Shown piece after piece: positions 12,723 to 22,368 of a DNA stretch of 64,000 nucleotides. Source of the DNA: Blastocladiella emersonii ATCC 22665 (taxonomy: Eukaryota; Fungi; Blastocladiomycota); NCBI GenBank assembly GCA_025594325.1, contig JANHCV010000004.1, forward strand, positions 372,001 to 436,000, written 5' to 3'. The notes beneath the pieces are model-generated. The model saw only the letters and a list, made by a program, of their open reading frames with translations. It made no database searches and was not told where the DNA came from. The number at the start of each line of letters is the position of its first letter. Position 1 is the stretch's first letter. The position numbers were made by a program, and so were the translations under genes.

Positions 12723-14204
12723 GGCGTTTGGACGTGGTACACGAGGCGCGTGTGTTGATGATGGGCAAAGTGATTGCGACGTGCGGAGGAGAGTGGAAGG
12801 GGCGGCGGGGCGAGGCGAAGCGTGTTCCGTTGTCGCGCCGCGTCGCACGGCCCAATCGAGTGCAAGGGCGAGGAAGGTAGAGAGGGGCGAGCAGCGCCCC
12901 GAGAGAGAGAGCGAGCAATCTGCGGGGTGCTGGCGCGGCGCGAGGCAGGGGCGAGCGAGGACACGCTGACATGGCGGCGCCCCCGGACGGCGCCCGGCCT
13001 GCCCTCAGGCGTGGGAGCAATGGTGGGAGACACACCGGCTGCGCGAGGCCGAGGCGGGCGGCCGAGCGACAGGCCCAGCGACCGCGGGGCGGAGGGGGCG
13101 GGTGGCGAGAGGATCGGGCTCGCCACGGCGATGATTCATGGTGAGCGGGCTTGTGCGGTAGTGGGGCGCAAGAGAGATTGACTGCTGACCGAAGACGAGG
13201 GCGAAGGTCGGTGGCCTGGTCGCTGGCGGCGGTCGGTTGGCGGTCGGTCGGCGGCGGCGGCGAGCGCAACGTGGGAAGGCGTGGCGCCGCCACACACGTG
13301 TTTGATCGACGCGTCTCTCACCTGGTCTCTCACCCCCGCTCGGCGACCACCACCACAACACCATTTCCTTGCCAGTATAGCCTCCCATCATCCCAAATGA
13401 CTGGTGGGGCGGAGGGCCGCGGTGTATGCGGATCGGAAGACATGAATCTCGCGCTCTTCGCACGCCAAAACACTTGCATGCGAGCAACCTCGGTTCTGTG
13501 GCTTTGAAATAGACAGCAGCATGCATTCCTTGTACTGAAGCAAGGTTTATCCCAATGCCGCTTGGGGTTGATTGAGATCGAGCCCTTGACACAAGACACC
13601 GCCAAGTCGAGCCGCTCGGACATGTACTTGGACGAGACGTTAAGATCCTCGAGGGAAGCAATCAAATGTAGTAGTAAACAACCCGCGTAACCTACAGGAA
13701 AACATGGGCTGGCGGGCGGGACTCGTGGTGCTCTTGGCGCAGCGAGTCGATCTCCGTTTTCAGGCATCACAGGCGCATCGTGCCTGTCGTGTCGCCAACA
13801 AGAGCTCGACGATGTCCTTACCGTCTGCGTTGCGCAATATACTGAAATTTGAGAGCGCAAGCGAGTGTGGTTCCATGCACGCGGGACGGGGGCACGCGGG
13901 AGTTGCGTTGCTGCTCGTCGCCCCGCAACGTTCGACATCCGTACGCTCCTCTCACAGAAACGCAACTCCCTACCCCACATTGCTGTGTATTGAGTGAATA
14001 CGGCGCCAGGCGGGGCAAGCTCGCGGTGCGGTGAAGCATTTGGAGGGTGGTTGCGCCTTCAGATCGCGACCGCTAACGCTTGAGGGAAAGCCCTCCGTCG
14101 CCGCATTTACATTGCCCATGAAACCATTTCAATCCCACTGAAAGCCGCGGGAGGGAAGGCGATGCCGGCTCAACTCGCTACAAGAGAACCACTATCACGG
14201 GATG

Positions 14205-14669
14205 CCGCGGCCCGCGGGGACTTGGCCAAAGTCCGCCTACCACAGATCGAAGGGTGCTAGTGGAGCGGGATCAGGCACCGTCGAATGGATCGTACTGGTA
14301 CGCCGCTGTAGGCTAAGGGCGCGTGTGAAAAGACGGGCGGCGAACTTTGGACAAAGGTTCAATCCCCGATCGAGCGCCGCCGCCAGGACGAGGGGTCGAC
14401 GGGAGGGGCCGGGTTCGTAGCGAGGAAGCTAGCATCCTTTTGTTGCTGGCGCCGGTTCCGCTCCAGCCCGCTCCGCATGCTTGCGCAGGATTAAAGCGAG
14501 CAATTTCTTTGGCCATTTTTTTAGTTTGTGAGGGTTCGGCGTCTCGTCTCGCGCGGGCGAGCGAGCGGGTGGGCGGGAGACACTGACGCGCGGCGACGCG
14601 TCGCGATATCGCGTGACCGCTGCGAGACGCGTTTTCACTTCACCTTACCTCACGTCGCCGGCCATCGAC
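14205..14669 (+). repeat. Repeat R, variant 2
   Basis: Differs from variant 1 at several sites from 14505 on (aatttctttgg, shorter T runs, cgggtggg, cacttcacc); followed by Helitron sequence. Confidence 0.9.
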
Positions 14670-15491
14670 CGTTTCAACGATCCCATGTCGCCATGGCCGT
14701 TGAATAGCTGCAGCTGGCCTTCACCGTGCTCTTCGCTTTCGGATCCGCTTTCACCGCGGCGGCGCGGAACTTGCGTCGTAGCTGGAGCCGAGTTGTTGGC
14801 CTCAAACTCTTCCGCCAGCTTGCCGGGCGACGTTTTGACGCACGACTTGAAATCTCCCCCGATGGGATCGTCTGGGTCATGCTGCTTGAGCTCCGCGACG
14901 TACGCGTCGAGCTGGGTCAAGAACGTTGAGTGCTGTGGCGGAATGAGCTCACGCGGTGTCGTGGAACAGCTCAAACAGGATGAGAGCGATGAGCGCACGC
15001 GACTCGGCGGCTCCAATATCGGCGGGCTGCGACAGCTTCTTGTTGAACAGCGGGACCGGAACGTCGCGCTTTGGGCGTTTTGCGATCCGCAGTGTCTTGG
15101 TTTGTGGATGCGTATCGCGGAAGTAGTACCGATCTTCCTTGTGCCGACCACGCTTAGTGGGCGACACTGCACCAGGTCTTACGCCATCGCGTGGCCGATC
15201 ACGTCCTTGTTCGTCTTTGGGGATGGCCTCGAACCGAAACTGCTGGACCAGCTCGTAGAGCGAGAGGTCGCGCTTGGACTTGACCACGTTCCCGTTACCG
15301 TCCTGCGTCTCGACCATCAGGAGGTCGTCGTCGCGGTGGATGTAGTGGTCAATGATGGAGACCTTATCGGCAGTTGGTCGATTGGTAAAATTGACGGTCT
15401 CCTTGTTGTGCAATGCCAATCCGCTGGGGCCGGTGGAATCGTCGGCGAGCTCCTCCTCCTCTCCTCTATTTCCTCGCTGTCGTCATCGTCG
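14670..15491 (-). mobile_element. Helitron RepHel mid-region fragment (duplicated in the left arm)
   Basis: HYIHRDDDL...SLYELVQQF...THPQT...DVPV...ESRALIALILF resembles the linker between Rep and helicase in fungal Helitrons; mirror of 19600..20421. Confidence 0.7.
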
Positions 15492-15492
15492 A

Positions 15493-15515
15493 CTAGCGGT
15501 GTGTGCTTTGCACAC
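15493..15515 (-). mobile_element. Helitron-type 3' terminus: hairpin GTGTGC-AAA-GCACAC, 4 nt, CTAG, then T
   Basis: Minus strand reads gagtgtgcaaagcacacaccgCTAGt, ~165 bp downstream of the helicase stop; fits the hairpin + CTRR|T rule for Helitron ends. Confidence 0.7.
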
Positions 15516-15659
15516 TCTGTCTCAGCAGTAGGCAAGTCGGCCGGCCAGTGACTGCTGAAGCCGATTCGGCCGATCGCGGACTAAGTCATGTGCTGGTATG
15601 ATGTACCAAAATTAACATGACTAAAACATCTACTACGTGGTGGTTGCTTCCGATAGCTC

Positions 15660-17070
15660 TCAAAGTCGCGCGTACTCCGCAAGTATGTGTTCATCCTGCG
15701 TTTGCGTCAGTCCTTGAACGCCAGGGTCGCGCAGGATGAGGACGTCCTCGCCGCGTCGCGCACGAGAAAGGATCACGTACAGGAAACGCGAACGGAGCGA
15801 TCCGTGCGTCATGTCGGCGAGCCCAACGACGACCTTATCCAAATTCATTTCTTGGGCCTTGTGCGCCGTCAGCGCGTACGCGAGCTCGAGCGGGAACTGA
15901 GCTCGATGGATCGTCTTGGATATCCCGAGCAACTTGTTCTTGAGGCGGAACGACGTGGTCTCCCTGCGCAGTGGGAAGCAACCGTCGGGATGCCCGGGAG
16001 CTTGGGCATGCGACCCAGATCCTTATCTGGCCGAACAATGATTGCGTCAATGTCATTGTTTGCGTCGGTGCCGAAGACGCCGTTCACGATCCCACGACTA
16101 CGCGATGCGAAGCCCACAATAGCTGGTTAGTTGACGCGTTGTTGGGTCCGTTAATATGACGCGTTGACGTACGGCGTGTTGATGTTCCGCGTCACGATGA
16201 TACGTGCGTCAGCGAACAGCTTGAGGCTCAATGGAATGTGGTCAGTCTTGCTTGAGGGAAGCAGTTTCGCACAGTTGAACAGGCGCTGGTCACTGTCGTT
16301 CTGGCCGCTGCTCTCGATGACGAGCTGCCGCCAAAGGAGTGGTCCAGTTGCCGAGGGCTTGCGGACGAGATCGATGCAATCGAGGTCGAAGATCTCGTCA
16401 GGCTGAAGCCCGAGGCACCGCGCGTGTTTCGCGGCGGCCATCGTGTTCCACGAGTCACGCACCGATTTCTGCGCTGTGATGGGCGCCTGGTCGCTCCAGT
16501 CGTCCAGTCGCCGAGCTGCTCTGGATGGTGGCCCAGCACGATGTCCGCTCAACCCGACCCGAGGTACTCGATCACGCGCTGCGATACGACGCAGTTACGC
16601 AGGTCCTGGAGCACGTTGAGGAACTCCGCGTCGCCCGACTGCCGCATCTGCTGGACGAGGAAGAAGACCGAGTCGGAGGTGAGCCATTGATCGCGACCAA
16701 TGTTGGCGTCAGTTCGAGCTCTGCTGACCGCTGGCCGCTCCTTGCCCTTGGACGCGCGTTTTTTCTTTTTCTGCTGCCGAGTTTCGCTGTCGACCTGAAT
16801 CGAGTTTTCATCATGAGTCCCGTCCACCTCGCGCTCCAGTTCGCGCTTGACCAGCTGTTCGGATGGAACCGCGAGTGAGCGCGCCATGCCGGGCTTGAAC
16901 TGGAAAAGGTCGCCGAACTCGAGGAAGTTCAGGCCGCCAAACGGGCGAGAGTCGCGGCTCGGGTACAGCGTGTCAAAGCGCAAATGCATGGCGGCAAAGA
17001 GCCCTGCCGCTGAGCGTGGACATCTTGTCGATGGGAACAAACTGGACAATTCGGTTGAGACCTCGCGGGA
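15660..17070 (-). pseudogene. Helitron Pif1-family (SF1B) helicase, frameshifted, lacking Walker A
   Basis: Degenerate Walker B IDKMSTLS; FGGLNFLEFGDLFQFKP; QQMRQSGDAEFLNVLQDLR; LKLFADARIIVTRNIN; QFPLELAYALTAHKAQ; LYVILSRAR; motifs spread over several frames. Confidence 0.9.
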
Positions 17071-18399
17071 TGATGCTTTCTATGGTGCCAACCTAGTTGC
17101 ATAGAGTGGCCGAGTAGTATTCTATTGGAGGATTTAGAGAGAATTGAGGAAAAGGTAATTCGATTGAATGGACGTCGCGTGGCGCGACGCGTCGCGGTGC
17201 ATCACGTGAGAAACAGTACGATCTTGAGCTCATCGATAGCCCAGCTTGACGCGGAATTCAGCTCGACGGGAACTCAGCCCTTACTGCTGAGAATAATCAG
17301 CTCGAAACTCGGCAAAACTCGGCAATAGTGCAAAGCAACAACAAAAAAAAGGTGGATGGATGACACCGCCGACTGGGTACCCCTCAGCAGCGTACCGGAG
17401 GAGCATCGCGCGGGTTAATGATGGGATTCGAACCCTGGTGCGCGATCTCCACTTTCCCCTGCGTTGAAGCCCAGACCGACGGCAACAGCCGCCCTCCATT
17501 GGCGCGGGCGCACCGCGCACCAACAGGCTACGCGCCGTGCTCCCTCGCGCCGCTCCTCGACTCTGATGACGAGTGCTGCCGCAACGGCGCCCGCCGACGC
17601 GCGTTGGTTCTGGCCGACGCGGCAGTCGCACGGCGCCGCGGCGGCGGCAGCCTCGCCTCGTACCCCGCGCTTCGTGTCGCCCGCCCGCTACTCGTCCGTC
17701 CGGACGGGATCCCCTGCGGTGCTGACGACCCCGAGGAGCGCCATTTCGATCATGTACACGGCGCGTGGGCCAAGATTGATGAGGGCCTGCGTCTCGGCGG
17801 TTGGCGCACAGCCGAGGGCCCGGCGGAAGGTGAGCTGGGCGCGCCATCTCAGTTGGTGTAGGGAATCCGTGCACGCCACGCGCCCCGGCCCTCTGAGCGA
17901 GGGGACCTCGTCCGAGGTTTCCTAGCTCATGGTCGGCGCGCGGTGGGTGTGCGGCGGCTCCGTCGTGGGGCAGGCTCAGCTCATGGCCTGCTTTTGCCGT
18001 GGCGGACGGGGCCGTCGCTCTGGTCGAGAAGGTGGAGTCAGGAACGATGCGCGCTTGGACCCTTCGCGCAGCCGCCCTCAACTCGCTCTCGTGCGCCCAG
18101 CCCTTGAGGTCTCTTCCGAAATTGCTGTAATGAGCTCCCCCCTAGGTTTCTCTCTCGTTTGGTGTCTGTGTGGTTTTGTTGAGATTCAAGCACGTGGAAT
18201 AGATGTGCAATGAACAAAAAATGAAGATCGACGGCAACACCTGCCCGACATCTAACGTGATCAAACCTTTACAAGTAACCACCAGAGATGCCGAGCGACA
18301 CGGGCCCAGCGGCACGGCCACCGGCGCGCGCTATCCTCGGTGCCAGACTAATAGCTCTGACTCTCGTTCAAGTCCCCGACTCCTCGCATTGGCCTCAGC

Positions 18400-20421
18400 T
18401 CAGTGCAAGTAAAATCCCGACACTACTTCATCGATACGGCGGCTTGTTTGGACGTCTTCGAGGACGCGGCAAGCTGGAGCATCGCTGGAGCGGTCGCTCG
18501 CTGGTGTCTCCATTGCTGCGCCACCTGCCCGCGCCACCCGCTGAGCCACCACTCATCGACGACCCCGACCCCGCCTGCAGCACCATCGGGAACCCCCTTC
18601 GACCGCTTACACGCGACAGACGGCGCAGCATGAAACTCGTGTAAAATCATCACCAGGGCGCGTTATTCAGCTCGCACGACACGGCAACGCGTCCCAGATG
18701 CCCGGTAAAATCTGGTTCTTGCCAACATCGCCTTGGCCAACGTGCACGGCTCACCGAGTTGGCTCCAGTCGAAACGTTAAGAGCTGCTTGCCAGCATCAT
18801 CGATCGCGGGCTGCCAGCCTTTTTCGTCACGCTGAACCCGCACGACGTCAACTCGCCCATTGCGCTCATGTCGGGTCTGTCCGCCAAAAAAGTCACCGAC
18901 ATCCATGGTCGCGTCGGCAGGGAGCACTACCGCCGCGTCTTCGCTGCCGAGGACCCTGTCGCTGTCGCGCGGTACTTTGACCTGCTCGTCACAACGACCG
19001 TCAAAGACATGATTGTCGGCACGCCCAATAGACCAGGTGTGCTCGGTCCCGTTTTGGGGTACATCGGCACGGTCGAGGCGCAGGGGCGCGGCTCGCTTCA
19101 TGCTCACGCCTCCATCTGGGCGAGCGGTGTGTCATCGCAGACTGAAATCGCCACCGTTCTTGACAAAGCCACCAACGAGTACAATGCATTTCTCTGTCCA
19201 AAGCGGCACCATCACTGGGTCAACCCGTACAACGGCTGGATCATCTCGGCGCTGCGGTTGAGCATGAACATTTGGCCGCTCATGGTGACCTCCAGGAACC
19301 CGGCCAACATCATCTACTCCGTGACCAACTACATTGCCAAGACTCCGCCGCCGACGTACAACACCTACGCCCTGCTCGAACACCTCCACGCCATCATGGA
19401 GCGGGCGGTAAAACAGTAACGTACCGATCCCACTCACTCTCGGCGCTGTCGTCCGCGGTCTAGTCAACTGTTCCACGACCTCGCGTGAGCCTTTCGGGCA
19501 GCAGGTTGCGCATGACCTGCTTCGCAGCGAGAAGCACAGGCCGCTCCGTGAAATGGACAAGCTGCTCGCGCAGCGGCCCGAACAATATAAACCAGAAAAC
19601 GACGATGACGACAGCGAGGAAATAGAGGAGAGGAGGAGGAGCTCGCCGACGATTCCACCGGCCCCAGCGGATTGGCATTGCACAACAAGGAGACCGTCAA
19701 TTTTACCAATCGACCAACTGCCGATAAGGTCTCCATCATTGACCACTACATCCACCGCGACGACGACCTCCTGATGGTCGAGACGCAGGACGGTAACGGG
19801 AACGTGGTCAAGTCCAAGCGCGACCTCTCGCTCTACGAGCTGGTCCAGCAGTTTCGGTTCGAGGCCATCCCCAAAGACGAACAAGGACGTGATCGGCCAC
19901 GCGATGGCGTAAGACCTGGTGCAGTGTCGCCCACTAAGCGTGGTCGGCACAAGGAAGATCGGTACTACTTCCGCGATACGCATCCACAAACCAAGACACT
20001 GCGGATCGCAAAACGCCCAAAGCGCGACGTTCCGGTCCCGCTGTTCAACAAGAAGCTGTCGCAGCCCGCCGATATTGGAGCCGCCGAGTCGCGTGCGCTC
20101 ATCGCTCTCATCCTGTTTGAGCTGTTCCACGACACCGCGTGAGCTCATTCCGCCACAGCACTCAACGTTCTTGACCCAGCTCGACGCGTACGTCGCGGAG
20201 CTCAAGCAGCATGACCCAGACGATCCCATCGGGGGAGATTTCAAGTCGTGCGTCAAAACGTCGCCCGGCAAGCTGGCGGAAGAGTTTGAGGCCAACAACT
20301 CGGCTCCAGCTACGACGCAAGTTCCGCGCCGCCGCGGTGAAAGCGGATCCGAAAGCGAAGAGCACGGTGAAGGCCAGCTGCAGCTATTCAACGGCCATGG
20401 CGACATGGGATCGTTGAAACG
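18400..20421 (+). pseudogene. Helitron Rep (Helitron_like_N / HUH endonuclease) plus mid-region, with premature stops
   Basis: GLPAFFVTLNPHDVNSP; EDPVAVARYF; GVLGPVLGYIGTVEAQGRGSLHAHASIW (HUH, ~19072-19120); WVNPYN; TNYIAK (YxxK, ~19330); TAA stops at 18778 and 19417; possible 43-nt intron 19421-19463. Confidence 0.92.
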
Positions 20422-20886
20422 GTCGATGGCCGGCGACGTGAGGTAAGGTGAAGTGAAAACGCGTCTCGCAGCGGTCACGCGATATCGCGACGCGTCGCCG
20501 CGCGTCAGTGTCTCCCGCCCACCCGCTCGCTCGCCCGCGCGAGACGAGACGCCGAACCCTCACAAACTAAAAAAATGGCCAAAGAAATTGCTCGCTTTAA
20601 TCCTGCGCAAGCATGCGGAGCGGGCTGGAGCGGAACCGGCGCCAGCAACAAAAGGATGCTAGCTTCCTCGCTACGAACCCGGCCCCTCCCGTCGACCCCT
20701 CGTCCTGGCGGCGGCGCTCGATCGGGGATTGAACCTTTGTCCAAAGTTCGCCGCCCGTCTTTTCACACGCGCCCTTAGCCTACAGCGGCGTACCAGTACG
20801 ATCCATTCGACGGTGCCTGATCCCGCTCCACTAGCACCCTTCGATCTGTGGTAGGCGGACTTTGGCCAAGTCCCCGCGGGCCGCGG
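20422..20886 (-). repeat. Repeat R, variant 2, inverted
   Basis: Reverse complement of 14205..14669. Confidence 0.9.
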
Positions 20887-22368
20887 CATCCCGTGATAGT
20901 GGTTCTCTTGTAGCGAGTTGAGCCGGCATCGCCTTCCCTCCCGCGGCTTTCAGTGGGATTGAAATGGTTTCATGGGCAATGTAAATGCGGCGACGGAGGG
21001 CTTTCCCTCAAGCGTTAGCGGTCGCGATCTGAAGGCGCAACCACCCTCCAAATGCTTCACCGCACCGCGAGCTTGCCCCGCCTGGCGCCGTATTCACTCA
21101 ATACACAGCAATGTGGGGTAGGGAGTTGCGTTTCTGTGAGAGGAGCGTACGGATGTCGAACGTTGCGGGGCGACGAGCAGCAACGCAACTCCCGCGTGCC
21201 CCCGTCCCGCGTGCATGGAACCACACTCGCTTGCGCTCTCAAATTTCAGTATATTGCGCAACGCAGACGGTAAGGACATCGTCGAGCTCTTGTTGGCGAC
21301 ACGACAGGCACGATGCGCCTGTGATGCCTGAAAACGGAGATCGACTCGCTGCGCCAAGAGCACCACGAGTCCCGCCCGCCAGCCCATGTTTTCCTGTAGG
21401 TTACGCGGGTTGTTTACTACTACATTTGATTGCTTCCCTCGAGGATCTTAACGTCTCGTCCAAGTACATGTCCGAGCGGCTCGACTTGGCGGTGTCTTGT
21501 GTCAAGGGCTCGATCTCAATCAACCCCAAGCGGCATTGGGATAAACCTTGCTTCAGTACAAGGAATGCATGCTGCTGTCTATTTCAAAGCCACAGAACCG
21601 AGGTTGCTCGCATGCAAGTGTTTTGGCGTGCGAAGAGCGCGAGATTCATGTCTTCCGATCCGCATACACCGCGGCCCTCCGCCCCACCAGTCATTTGGGA
21701 TGATGGGAGGCTATACTGGCAAGGAAATGGTGTTGTGGTGGTGGTCGCCGAGCGGGGGTGAGAGACCAGGTGAGAGACGCGTCGATCAAACACGTGTGTG
21801 GCGGCGCCACGCCTTCCCACGTTGCGCTCGCCGCCGCCGCCGACCGACCGCCAACCGACCGCCGCCAGCGACCAGGCCACCGACCTTCGCCCTCGTCTTC
21901 GGTCAGCAGTCAATCTCTCTTGCGCCCCACTACCGCACAAGCCCGCTCACCATGAATCATCGCCGTGGCGAGCCCGATCCTCTCGCCACCCGCCCCCTCC
22001 GCCCCGCGGTCGCTGGGCCTGTCGCTCGGCCGCCCGCCTCGGCCTCGCGCAGCCGGTGTGTCTCCCACCATTGCTCCCACGCCTGAGGGCAGGCCGGGCG
22101 CCGTCCGGGGGCGCCGCCATGTCAGCGTGTCCTCGCTCGCCCCTGCCTCGCGCCGCGCCAGCACCCCGCAGATTGCTCGCTCTCTCTCTCGGGGCGCTGC
22201 TCGCCCCTCTCTACCTTCCTCGCCCTTGCACTCGATTGGGCCGTGCGACGCGGCGCGACAACGGAACACGCTTCGCCTCGCCCCGCCGCCCCTTCCACTC
22301 TCCTCCGCACGTCGCAATCACTTTGCCCATCATCAACACACGCGCCTCGTGTACCACGTCCAAACGCC

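Larger units (their letters stand above)
8404..14204. repeat. 5801-bp tandem unit, copy 2
   Basis: Period-5801 identity continues to 14504; first difference seen at 14505. Confidence 0.97.
1..15491. repeat. Left arm of large inverted duplication (includes an extra 5801-bp tandem unit; continues beyond window start)
   Basis: Mirror ORF pairs: 1138..2340(+) vs 26950..28152(-), sum 29290; 14949..15419(-) vs 19672..20142(+), sum 35091. Base 1 matches 29289. Inner match ends at 15491/19600. Confidence 0.97.

Noticed and set aside
2603-14669. R-U-R read as an LTR retrotransposon
   Set aside because: No TG..CA ends, PBS/PPT or TSD, and no gag, RT or integrase motifs; the internal gene is spliced and host-like.
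17400-17500. Possible tRNA-Sec (ggtctgggcttcaac... plus T-loop) on the minus strand
   Set aside because: Anticodon, T and acceptor stems do not pair; kept only as a B-box-like element.
18778-19419. TAA readthrough or alternative genetic code in the Helitron Rep
   Set aside because: Host genes here end in TAA (subtilisin, PPWD1, COX18-like), and the helicase is also frameshifted, so decay explains it.
20540-20580. Telomere-like aaccctcacaaactaa in R
   Set aside because: Single imperfect unit; no tandem TTAGGG array.
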